Positions 12,151 to 24,007 of a stretch of 64,000 nucleotides of DNA are shown piece by piece. The first letter of the stretch is position 1. Each line of letters starts with the position of its first letter. The translations under genes and the position numbers were made by a program. Source of the stretch: Oopsacas minuta (Eukaryota; Animalia; Porifera); the NCBI GenBank assembly GCA_024704765.1, contig JAKMXF010000305.1, forward strand, positions 286,682 to 350,681, in the 5' to 3' direction. The notes under the pieces are model-generated. The model saw only the letters and a list, made by a program, of their open reading frames with translations. It ran no database searches and was not told the origin of the DNA.

Positions 12151-14897
12151 CAGTTCAGTGCAAAAAATATGTCTGTAGAAATGTGGTAAAATATGAAGAA
12201 TAAAGTAAAATGATCTAAAGAGTATCTATAGCCAATTGAGCGAATTTGAAAGATTATGTTATTTTTATGTTCAATACGATACTGATCGGCCAAGATAAAT
12301 TTGAAAGGAATACAAAAAGAATTTAGTAATAGAATTTGATATTGTGATCGATTTTAGAGCTTTTTGTCTGATTTTCGACCCAAGTTAATGAAAATGAGGT
12401 TTCATCATGAATACCGTATAAATGTTTAAGCACAAGATTTTTAATTTAGTGGTGGTTCTATGTCGGTAAATATTGTATTTCGATGACAAATCTTGTACAG
12501 TTTAGAGGATATAAAATGGCTTACCTATCAAAGCGGACCACAATAGCAAACCCTAAATATATTCACAAATCTTCTATAATGAAAAAATGAGGTATAAAAT
12601 AGTATTTTTGACCAACATCAATCAACGACAAACTATTAAGGTCAGAGTTTTCTGATCTTTTCTCATAATCAAACTACATTTTTCTCCGAAATTTCACGAA
12701 AACCCTACCAAAAGCACAAAAAATATGCACAATTCCAAAAATTATCGCCATACCACTAAATCTTCATGGATTTGATTAAAATTGACCATGATGAATCAAT
12801 ACGATAGAGAGAACACAATAAAGTAGTAATTCACGCGTGTCTTTAGAGATAAGGGGCACCTGATGCACCCTAATATACATAGATACAGGTCAGATATAAT
12901 CCCTGCCGCACAGTAATTTTGAAGGTTCCAAGTTAATGCACGTTGAGTATATTAGAAAATATTGAGTTAACTTTTAAGTATTTCAAAGATCTAGAAGATA
13001 TTTTTATCCGTGTGAATACCTCACGTATAACCATGCAATTAGCAAAGTGAATATGGGTCCAGAAACCTAAATGTGGGGTTGCTATTAAGCATAATTGTAA
13101 ATATTGTAAAAACTTTTTGGACAAATTATTGACATGGAATACTTGACCCATAGCCAAGTGGTGAATCCTATTTCAAAATTATATCCACGAAGTACCCGGT
13201 ACTTGGGTCCTTTAACAGTATCTGATACTTCATGATGACTACATTTGCTAAGTTTGCTTAGAAATAAGTTATCACGCGTTGAATTTCTTTATAAAACGTT
13301 AGGGAAGTAGTAACTAATGGTATCAGCCTATAGCTTTAATAATTAACCTAATTATTAGTTCGTAATATCTGCATTACATCCAGCTAACATCATATACTTG
13401 CACCTAACGGATATTGACAGTTTACTTAGCATATTTGTACTATAACACTGTAAATAAATTGAGTTATACCTGGTGATAACGAGTATAATTAACTCACTAC
13501 AATCTTAAATACTCTGGCATAGAGGTACCCATTCTGATAGAAAAGAAAGAAGTAGAAAATGTTATAATAATATAGAACAACTGGAAGAATTAGCAGCTAA
13601 TAGTATTTACAAATCACTTTGATTATATTACAATTGAAAATAGATTCTAAGATTAACTTAGAATGGGACAAAAATCCATACTGAACCTGACTGAACAACT
13701 AAACATTACTAAGTTGTCGCGAATGACACATTTGGGGTCCAAAGAGCGCGTATTATAAGGGTAGTGGTGAGTAGGTCCAAAAATGATCTTTTATAATGAA
13801 GTACCCTGTAGGTTAGTACTTTCACCTAGCGATCCCACGGACATGGTGGGCCAGGGCTAGGTTGGTTGACCAAATTAAGGGCGCGGCTAAACCTTTCGAT
13901 ATCAGCGATTAAGCGGTTGACCCCTGCAAGTATTCTTTAATCCTATCAATGAAGTTTTTCAATAAAACTGATAATATCAATATTTAGCTATTACATACTA
14001 ACGTGATGCGATTGTATCCAAAACTATTGGAATTTGGTAATATAGACCCAAAATGTAACATCACCATATACTTAACTTGCATAATTCGTGTATTAAATTT
14101 TTCTGATCTTTTAAATCTTAAGAATTATGATTATATTGTTGGAAGTGATGCTGTACAGTTAAATTAATATGGTTTCCTAGCAATTAAATGGACATAGCAG
14201 CGGTTAACAGGTTAACTGGCTAACCGAATCCAGCACTAGGTGGGGTTATTCGGTGCAAGAAATATTTGTTTACAAACGTTAGCAACGAAGTTATGTTCAC
14301 AACCTCAAATCGAAGTGGTGCAGAACGAGGAGACAAAATATATGGAGATATTTGAAAAATAACGTAATAAACTAAGTTGTGTTACAGAGTTGAGAAATTA
14401 ACGTGGGTCAGAATGAATCTGAATTAGTAAGTGAGTTACATACAAGTTGCTTAATGCAAATGAATTGCATCATGAACCAAATTTCAGCTCACAGATAGGA
14501 TCATGAAGATAGTAAAAGTTTAGATAGCTGCTGAGATAACACAAGAATACGACTAAAGTTGAATAAAAATTTTCACTTGCAGGAACAATATAGATTAGGT
14601 ATATCAAAAAACATGTTATGCTAGACTCAGATAAGATAACTACACTCCAATACCAAAAGTAAGCGTACACTCAAAAATCCAATTGGAAAAAGCATTACAT
14701 TACTAGATCCAATTATCTCACGTAATGTATTCACATCATATGAGATATTGCAATTTTGAATTGAGGATCGTATTCTACGCATCAGAATAAACTACGTGTA
14801 TGTTAATGAACCTTTCAATTTAATCAGATATCAAATTGTTGGAAAACTAACATCGAGTGTCAAATTGTACCGCTTTTGAATTGCCACCATTTGAGAT

Positions 14898-15097
14898 CGG
14901 CCGGGGGCAACTTTCGGCCGGGGCCCCTGTCGATCCCTAGTTCTTCAAGTACAACTCAAGAGCTGTTGTATTTGGCTCATTAAAGTTACTTCAACCACCT
15001 CCTGACGCAGTTCTTCCAAATCAACACGTTGAGGAAAATGATGATGATGATAGTGAAGATTTGATATAAGCAAGATTCAGATAGATTATAGAGAAAC

Positions 15098-15142
<45 letters not shown>

Positions 15143-15283
15143 ATCTCGAATTTAAATTCCTTCGTTCCAATACTATGATGTTTTGCTTTTGAAATACCTC
15201 TAAGCATAAATTTCATTAAACAACCCGGCTGTCCAAGGGCCGGGTTCTCAACATTTTGGCCGGGGCCCCGGTTGACCCCTAGC
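14898..15283. repeat. Two similar GC-rich motifs flanking the (TA)n tract, possibly hAT-MITE end relics
   Basis: GGCCGGGGGCAACTTTCGGCCGGGGGCCCCTGTCGATCCCTAG (about 14900) and GGGCCGGGTTCTCAACATTTTGGCCGGGGCCCCGGTTGACCCCTAG (about 15238), in the same orientation. Confidence 0.35.
15099..15137. repeat. (TA)n microsatellite
   Basis: Uninterrupted TA run of about 39 nt. Confidence 0.95.
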
Positions 15284-17832
15284 CACCATGGTTTAAGATG
15301 GGAACAAGTGGCACAATGTGGTAGTGATTGATGATTATCAACAAAAGAAGTAGCAATTAGACGTTGAGTGTTTTCCAATGGACATTTGTATAATAGGATC
15401 CTGAAAAAAATGCTATAAATGTGCAATACAAATTAAATTATAGGAAGCAGAATAAATGAATTTATTTAGTAAAATTTTCAAAGGATTTCGTATAATTTTC
15501 GAACCAATTGGTAACATGATTTTACTTATTAACTAAAGTCAAAATCGTTTCTTTACAGCCAAAATGCAAAGAAATACCCATTATGTAAAATAACAATTTG
15601 CGAAAAATACGTCACAAGGACGCATGCAGCATGTACTTACATTATAGATGAACAATAATGCAGTATAAATGTGGTAAACAACTGTTTTAACATAAGGAAT
15701 CTAAGACCATTTGAAACTATTTTATGCATGTAGAAGAACAAATTATCAATCAGTGTATGGAGAAATATTTCAGGAATGTGTCACACTATTTGTTTAGTAA
15801 GCATTTATCAAGAAAATGTGTCATTTTGTATTGCGTTGTAGACTCAAATATTGTATACCATTATATAAAATGTTTACAAATTGTCATAATAAATTTTTCT
15901 GATTATGAGTTACAGGAAGTCCATGGATGGCAATATTTTAAGGATATTCAATTATAGCTAGAAAATACTATTAATTGAATAAGGAAGGGAATGTGATTCA
16001 TTTTATGACATCATAATGGTGCGGAATTCTCGATTTTGGTGCGATAATAGGTTAAAAGAAAGTGGTATTATTATGCTGTTCATTTTCGTTAAGTTACCAT
16101 AGTAAAGTACTTTGAAATTAGTACGGCCAAGCCGTGCTTATTTCAAAGTAAGAGAACTTGGACCACTCAGTTAGATGGTAATTGCCCACACAAAAAAGCT
16201 TGAAAGTAACTTCTACTTATAAATAATGTATTAGAAAAATTACAGATTAAATAAAAAATCGAAAAACAATACATTAAAATTCAACAAATTTGCAATTTAA
16301 AATAAAATGCATAGCAATAATTTGATCTTTGAGATCAATTCCCGTTCACATGCTAAAACTGATTTAAATTCAAATTAAATATAGAGAGTATCAGAATGTG
16401 AAAAATGAGAAAAATACAGGAGGAACGCCGTATTGTTCGCAGTTTTTGAAAATTAACTCGAATTAGCCCAGTTTCAGTTACAAGCATCGACAAGAAGTTT
16501 CTAACATAATTCTAAAACAGTGAAAATACTATTTTGGCAATTTTCAGCCAAATTCAACAAAAGAATGTCCAAATTAGCCACATGATAAGGAAAATCAGTT
16601 TTTGGCCTATTTTATTTTATATCTTTATGGGTAACAATAGCAGAGACTTCGCCCCCGCTTTCTCTATCACCCAAATACGACCGAGAGAATCTATGATTTT
16701 ACGACGTCAAATGGGTGTAGAAATCTCAATTTGGGTGTGGGAATTGGTTAAAAGAAAGTGGTAAAATTATAGTGTTGCTTATTTATACTAACGTAACACT
16801 TCGGCAGTAATCGGTTAAGTTAGGATCCAATTTGTAGTAAATATCAGAACTTTCCATACGCTTGTAATACATATTGATTTATTAACCCTGAAGATTATCG
16901 AAAAATGTCAGAAATGACCATATTTAGGGATCATATTGGTACGAGTTACGATATCAAAATGTATTGCAAGTTAATGAGAAGTCGGCTAATTACTACAAAT
17001 TTGCCAACGTGATTTCACAATAATCTTAATGATAATTGAATATTCATAAACATTTGTAATACTTGGTCGCTCCTTGAGTTAAGAACGAGAAAACCTCAAC
17101 ATGACAAAATTTTGATATTTTGTACAATAGTATCGAAGGCTATTTCATATATTAACATTGAAATGAAAGATGTAAAATTAAGGCTCTACAAGGCATCACC
17201 AAAAAATGACATGTTTTGTAGATATATGCTCACTCGAATATTTTGACACATTCGTCAAATATTTTTACATATAATGGTTGATAATTTGCCATTCTACAAA
17301 GAGAAATACATATACTCAGGCTCACATCACAAGTCCAAATCTTGAAGGATTTGTGAGGTATTATATATAGAAGGCAAATAAAATGCGAAAATCGGATTCA
17401 GAGCACTTGACAAACCCTATATGTCTGTTGAGAGCAAATCTCTACGATTACTTCAAGATGCATGTTATTTATTTACTTTATACTCAAAACGACTATAAAT
17501 TTACATAGGAGAGAAATATTAACACGAAAATCGTATTCAGGGAGGATATGGAAATAAATATGTATTTTTCATGTATTTTTTGGATAAAATTATAAATAAA
17601 GAAATAAAGTCCTTATAAATGTCTGAACCCATGTGAAGCAAAATCAGAAAATACTGAGATGGGAAAAATCAACAAATTTTACATTATTTCAAATGCATCG
17701 TAACTATACAACTATTCAAAGAAAATGTGTTAAATCATAACCTACTATAGTACATAACAATACAACTAAACAAATATATAGCCAGAATAGCAAAAAGTTT
17801 CTTTGTGCTCATTTGCATAACCCCAAATCTTG

Positions 17833-17950
17833 AAAATTATGAATTGTGGAGCATATCTTAGCAACATAAAGAATTATGATATCGAGGTGCTGCAGGAAAC
17901 GAGGTTCAGACAAGAAAGGTTCGGGAAATAGAGAATGCAAGGTATGTATA
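17833..17950 (+). mobile_element. Possible tiny non-LTR retrotransposon endonuclease relic
   Basis: KIMNCGAYLSNIKNYDIEVLQETR resembles the APE-endonuclease D(I/V)xxLQET motif; too short to be sure. Confidence 0.3.
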
Positions 17951-17986
17951 AGTGGATCACATACAAGTACACTAATTGTAGTTTAC

Positions 17987-18214
17987 CTGAACATGAAGCA
18001 GTCTAGACTTTATCACAAACTTTAGAAAATATGTAATAGCTTTGAAAAACTTTCTAACCATTGTCTGTTCGTATTCTTCTAAGTGTGAATCACTAATCAC
18101 TTTCTGCAACAGGGTTTTTGACTGAAACAACATGGCCCTATACGCCATCGTGCTATAGAACTGTTTCTCACAGTACTGATCCAAATACTTCTTGAAGTGG
18201 AAATACTTTTTCTC
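17987..18214 (-). CDS. DOCK: DOCK exon, helical region
   Basis: Encodes EKKYFHFKKYLDQYCEKQFYSTMAY...FFKAITYFLKFVIKSRLLHVQ, matching DOCK1 KFQHFNPVLETYIKKHFSATLAY...MKALESIFKFIVRSRILF. Acceptor cttatag|GAG, donor CAG|gtaaac; 228 nt, phase 0/0. Confidence 0.92.
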
Positions 18215-18746
18215 CTATAAGGAAGAAGGATAAACTAGTTGGATGAAAATAAGGAATTTGAAACTAGTTGTGTAGGAAATAAAGTTGCGATTATCAGAAA
18301 AATAATTAGTAGCATGAACAGATAGTAATTCATGAAGAGTATATTAAGAATGAGAATTTCATACAAATACAAATTATATTTGTAAGAACTCAAAAATATA
18401 TATTATACAGTATTCTTCTACAACGCCTATATTTCATTGGGTCATTCCCTCTAGTAAATTTCAAACACTTTTTACTTTTCAAATTTGTCACAAATACAAA
18501 TTTTTAGAAAATCCATCTATTTTTCATTGGTTTGAGACAGAGTCTCGCACCATAATAAACCTCTAATGTCAATGGATTACAGCACTCAAGTGAGTTGAGG
18601 TATGAGAAAACAAGCTGAATATAGTGAATAAATGAAATTCCCAGTATTTATTGATAGACTATTTACCAATATAAATTACATACCTAGTTCTAAAAGTTGA
18701 TCGTGAAGGCCAAACAATAGGCAATCAATAAAAGCGAAATATTATA

Positions 18747-19168
18747 CAGTGGGAGCCGATTAATCGGGATATCCGTTTAAATGGGACAATGTTTTGGGAA
18801 TAGACTTTCTGCAAACAAATATCGTCAGATAATTGGAACATCAAATCGGTTATTCGGGATTTCTTATCCGATTAACCGAATATGAAAATTATATTCACTT
18901 AATTGGGATTTATATCCCAAAACGATTCGTATATTTATCTAGAATCATTGCTAAATGGATTGTTATTAAAATGGGAAATAGAATATTATCTACAACCATA
19001 ACAATACAACAACGATTCTATTAACATTTACAAAACTAAGGTTATTTACTTATATATTTCTGGTTATAAGAACATGCAAATGAGTTTTGAATACTTAAAT
19101 ATATCATAATCGGTTAATTGGGACAAAACATTGACTCCAGAGGTGTCCAGGTAAAGCTGCTTCCACTG
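18747..19168. mobile_element. pogo/Tigger-type MITE
   Basis: TA|CAGTGGGAGCCG...GCTGCTTCCACTG|TA; internal repeated ATCGGTTA(A/T)T(T/C)GGGA motifs; no ORF. Confidence 0.7.
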
Positions 19169-20285
19169 TATCACAATAATTCAAAAATATACAATTCAAT
19201 TAAGTATAAGAAATGCTAAATTATCATATACATGTAAACTCATTAGGTCCGGCTCTTTCAATGTCATATATTGGGAGGCCAGCACCCAATGCTTTACATT
19301 GCGGAGTCCATGGCCCCCCCAGGCCCCCAATAATCCTAGATCAATGAATGGAGATGTTTCAGTTCCCGGAGATTTATACCAATTAAGCGGATTTCCGGAT
19401 TATAGGTGTCTCAAATAAAAGGAATTGACTGTAATCTCCGCTCCCCAACGGTACGCCACAGAAATAGTTTGACTGGGCTTGAAGGAAATATACATTTCCA
19501 GGGATGCCATGCGGTATATCGTATGATCCGAGAAACCTTAAGGATTACAGGTACCAACGACAAAATTGTGGTATATAGGTGTTTAAATGTTGGCATACCT
19601 GGATGACATTCAAATAATTCAGGATGCAGCATACTCCTAGTGTACCTGTAGATACTACGATCTAACTCCCCGAAAGTTTTTAGGATTAGCGGAATTTTGT
19701 CCCCTATCAACCCAGAACATATCTCAGTTAGCTATAACCAAGGGCCCTTGTGCCTAATGAGCCTAACGCTAGAGAGGCGTATCGGAGTGGAGTAGCTAGC
19801 ATCCGTATATTAAAGAGGAATTCATGGGTGTGATGAAATCGACAAGTCCATTTATCGCTCCATCAAATCTAAGAAAAGATTATATCTGTTTAAGGTCGAG
19901 GTAATATGGGCGAAGCCCCATGTTACCTCCTTCCAGTACCGGATACCAATGTCGTCGGATCAAGATTCGCCACCAGCGAGTCAGATGCTAGTGCCAGGGC
20001 CGGTCCTTGCGGTGGTTTGAAAATTTTCCGGCCTAGCAACTAAGAAACTGTGCCGCCGTCCACGCAATTTGGGTAATCAAAAAGTAAAATCTCCCCAAAT
20101 CCAAAGATTATGCAGCCCTAGTTCGCATGTGGAAAGGATTATCCCTGGCTAAAGCTAATAATCCAACGGGAGGCCTTGAATTTAATCAATTGAAGCAAAG
20201 TTGAATCATGGTACTCTTACTGAGCTTCAGACTCCAGGAGTCAATTGCACTAATACTAACTAACTCAGAATTCACAACACCAACA

Positions 20286-22154
20286 CTAAACATACTTGCT
20301 AAAACAACTATGGCCCTTATGACACTTTGTGTTACAACTCTTGTTGGCTTTTTTGCAGGGACATCTTCGAGTTTTGCAGTGCTTCCACCTGCAAGCGGAG
20401 AAACTAGAGATGCCGAGAGAAGCACTCTGCATCGCTTCTGTCTGTGTAATCATTACAGGAGGAATGGAATCCAATGGCAGAAGTTTAGTTGGCCATACTT
20501 CAATCTGGTTACGAGTGTAATTAACTCACAGTATTCCTTTATCTGTGCCTATTGAATAAGAAGTCCCATCTCTACTCGCAATACACCCCAAGATGTTGCG
20601 AGGGGCCAATGAGTGAACTTTATCAGGCTGAGAGATTGGAATGATTACGGGAATCTCCCACTTCAGCAAGATTGAACATTTTCGATGCAGTAATAAGAAT
20701 CTTATCTTGTTGTTTCTGCAGAAAACGCTTGATCCCAAACCTCATCTTGTTAAACGCATCTCTCCTGGATGAAAGGTTACACGAGGGACACACTACACTG
20801 CTTCCTAGGCCTTCTTCTCCCTCAGACCGCCCTCATATAATGTGGATGAAGCCCAAACAGTGTGGACATGAATGCGAACCAGAAGTTTCTCTTCCACAAG
20901 CAACAGAATCTCGAGTTGATATCAAACTGCTATAACTTGGTTCAGGTGGAGTGAATTGAGAACCTGCAGTCCCTTAGTCGTAATTGGATGGAAGTATATT
21001 ATCTGAAATCTGGTTTTCGAAGGAAAGGGATTTATAGAGGTGGCGGAGAAGTAATATTTGAAATGAAGGATCCAAATTATCGCAAACAATTGTTCCAAAC
21101 GATAGAGCTATCAGGATTTGATTTTCATATTCGTCTGGTTGGGTGGGAAATTTTGAAAGAGGAGGAGATGGAATAGCTGAATATGATTCCTATTGGGGCC
21201 TTCTTCTTGTAGACAGCTTCATAAGGAGTCCTCGGGATGGCAGTGTGATAGCTTGCGTTGTGGTTCCACTGCACCCATCTTAGGTACTTCACCCAGCAAT
21301 GATCATAGTTGTTATAATTCATCATTCCGAAAAACCGTCTTTGATGTCGCGGTTAACTCGTTCCACAGCACGTTGAGACTCTGGGTGCCTAGACTTTCCT
21401 TGGACAATGTTTACTGTTGGCCATTTCGTTGCTAGGGTATTGAAGAGGAGATCATTAGAGAATTCCCTACCATTGTCTGAGTGGAGGATGTGTGGTGGTC
21501 CAGAGTCACAGAAAATATCAAGCAACTTCTCACAACCTTTTTAGCTGACTTATGTTTGAGCAGAACCTGGTTGATCTTCTTGGCAAATGATCCAAATAGA
21601 CCCAGAGATATTAGTAGGGCGTAATCCCATTGTGGACAAGTTAACCGCGAGATTTTAATCATTCTTATCGATCAAGTCCATCTGAGCCCTGCAAAGAAAA
21701 TATGTGGATGTAATGGGTTCCACAACCACACTTTTGAGGGACTTTGCTTTCTTTAGATGGCATACTTGACAAGTTTAACAAAATGGCCGCATATTTTCTC
21801 TGTCACACCGTAATATTTCGGTGCAGCCTGCTTAAAGAGTTGGGTTCTACCACTATGGTTACTTTCAAGCCTATGAAGTGAGTCCAATGTATCGTACAGC
21901 TCTTCTATCGACAATACTCTTTTTGATATCCCATCTGACTTGCCCTTCAGATACAGGATACTAGTTCCTTGATAGGACACTAGCTCAAAACGGTCCTGGA
22001 CCAATCGCCATCTGGAAAGTTCATTCTTCGAAAACTGATAGTGTGGTAATTTGGAGCAAAGTGAATCTATTAGTTATATCAGCTCTCGTATAGATCGAAC
22101 TTGAAGGCTCAATTGATATAGTTAAGAGGACTTGTTAAATTCACTCCTGGACAT
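20286..22154 (-). mobile_element. Stand-alone KRBA2/SCAND3-type (rve) integrase relic, probably a Ginger-like DNA transposon
   Basis: Frameshifted pieces: N-terminal HH-CC zinc finger region; RAQMDLID; ILHSDNGREF...RHPESQRAVE (D-37-E); WNHNASYHTAIPRTPYEAV; CGRETSGSHSCPHC finger; C-terminal CKTRRCPCKKANKSCNTKCH. No RT, RNase H or LTR adjacent. Confidence 0.82.
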
Positions 22155-22695
22155 GCTACATTTTACAGTCACCCAAATTGTTTATTTCAGGTTTAATTTC
22201 AAATATGATATTGCAAATCAGCGCCATAATCAATCAGTCATACTTCTTCAGGGGACGATAGCAGGATAGAAAACTTTGAATTCTAATCACTATTCAGCAG
22301 TTATGTTATCACCATACAAATTTTGTTAAAGATGCAAGCATATCAATTATCAAAAATTCTCGAATTATTACTTAATTAATGCATAACCTACTACACATAA
22401 GGCCTATTCACTCCAATTAACCAGGAACAATTGGGAGTCGATTATATTATTCACCCATAACAGAATTTTACAATATTCTATGCTTTTAGAAACAAGTTTC
22501 CAGTATGAATAATTTATTGTTATTATAATATTTTACTACTGCGTCTAAAACGCTTACCTTCCATCTTTGATTGTTTCAATTGCTTAGTTAGATACAGTAT
22601 ATTTTCTGAGTATGCCCAAATCTCGTTCCGCACCCAGATGTCAAATGGGTTAATACAATGATCACCGTGGTATACCAGTCTTCCAGATGCATCTA

Positions 22696-24007
22696 CAGGG
22701 TGTTTAATAAGTTCTGTCCTCATAAATCACTTCTCATTGCATAGTTACGTATGAACACACAAACAGTTTTAGATGCATAATTTGTAACACTTTTCGGCTC
22801 TTTCTAACGATATGATAGGCTTCTACATAATATTATTTACACTTGTAAAAATATTGGTTGAAAAAATTAGATCCAAAATTAACGCACTTTTCGAGATAGG
22901 TAGCTCAAAAAAGGAAATTTTTCAAAAGCTAAAAAATGGAAAGGTTTCACCTAAGCTAATATATCGTACCATAAAACGATATAAGGATACTGGAAGCTTG
23001 AGTGACAAACCTAGATCCGGTCGTCCAAGGTCTGTAAGGACTCCAGGCTTGAAAAACAAAGTCCGCTGCTAAATTTCTCGGAATCCCTGGAGATCTATAA
23101 GGAAAATGGCCCGTGAGTTATCGGTTAATCATGAAACGATGCGAAAGCTGGTATTTGAGGATCTAGGGCTTAAGTCTTTTAAAAGAAAGAAGGTACACTA
23201 CCTTAACTCGAGTATTCGGACAAAGAGGCTGGCTAGATCAAAAGCACTTCTTCAGCGGTTAGCTCCTGGGACCCAAAACCAGATCCTCTTCTCAGATGAG
23301 AAAATTTTCACGTTTGAAGAGGCTTGGAACAGACAAAATGATCGGATTTTTGCTACCAGTCCTACAGCAATCCCAGAAAACCAGAAATACATCGATAGTG
23401 TGCAGAAGTCAATGTCTGTGATGGTCTGGGATGGTGTGTCCGCAAATGCACGGACAAATCTGATCTTTGTCCCCCTAGGGGTCAAAATCAACTCTGCGAC
23501 ATACTAAGAATTGATTTTGGAACATGAAATCAGTGTAGCTGGGCAAAATCTATTCAGAAATAACACTTGGATCTTTCAACAGGATTCTGCCCATGCACAT
23601 GCATCCAAAAGCACTCAAGACTGGTTAAGGGCAAGAAAAATCGAGTTTATTAACAAAGACGAATGGCTCCCATCTAGTCCAGATTTGAATTCGCTCGATT
23701 ATAGCGTCTGGGCTAATCTGGTGGCAAAGGCCTGTGCTAAACCTCACAAGAGTTTGGACTCTCTGCAGCTCTCCCTTCAGCGTGAATGGCAGAAAATACC
23801 ACAAGATGAGCTGCGAAATGGAGTAGGGAACTTTAGGACGCGGCTACAGGCTGTAATTTCTCAAAAGGGAGGATATATTGAGTAAACACCTTATTAAGCA
23901 ATGTATTACTAAATATTGTATCAGTTTGTAAAATATCAACCAAATTAGTTTAATATAGAAAATATGGCAGGCAAAAACATTGAGGACAGAACTTATTAGA
24001 CACCCTG
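22696..24007 (+). mobile_element. Full-length maT (DD37D) element inserted in the P-element THAP domain
   Basis: TA target duplication; 27-bp TIRs CAGGGTGT(T/C)TAATAAGTTCTGTCCTCA. One reading frame 22812-23885 broken by two TAA codons; FSDEK, QQDSAHAH and SPDLNSLDY with DD37D spacing. Confidence 0.95.

Noticed and set aside
14986-15426. 146-aa minus-strand ORF
   Set aside because: It is kept open by the (TA)n tract (IYIYIY) and has no recognisable domain.
19411-19710. 99-aa and overlapping ORFs
   Set aside because: No recognisable motifs or splice context; they lie among MITE ends.
22523-22723. 66-aa minus-strand ORF
   Set aside because: It is the antisense shadow of the THAP start and the maT TIR.
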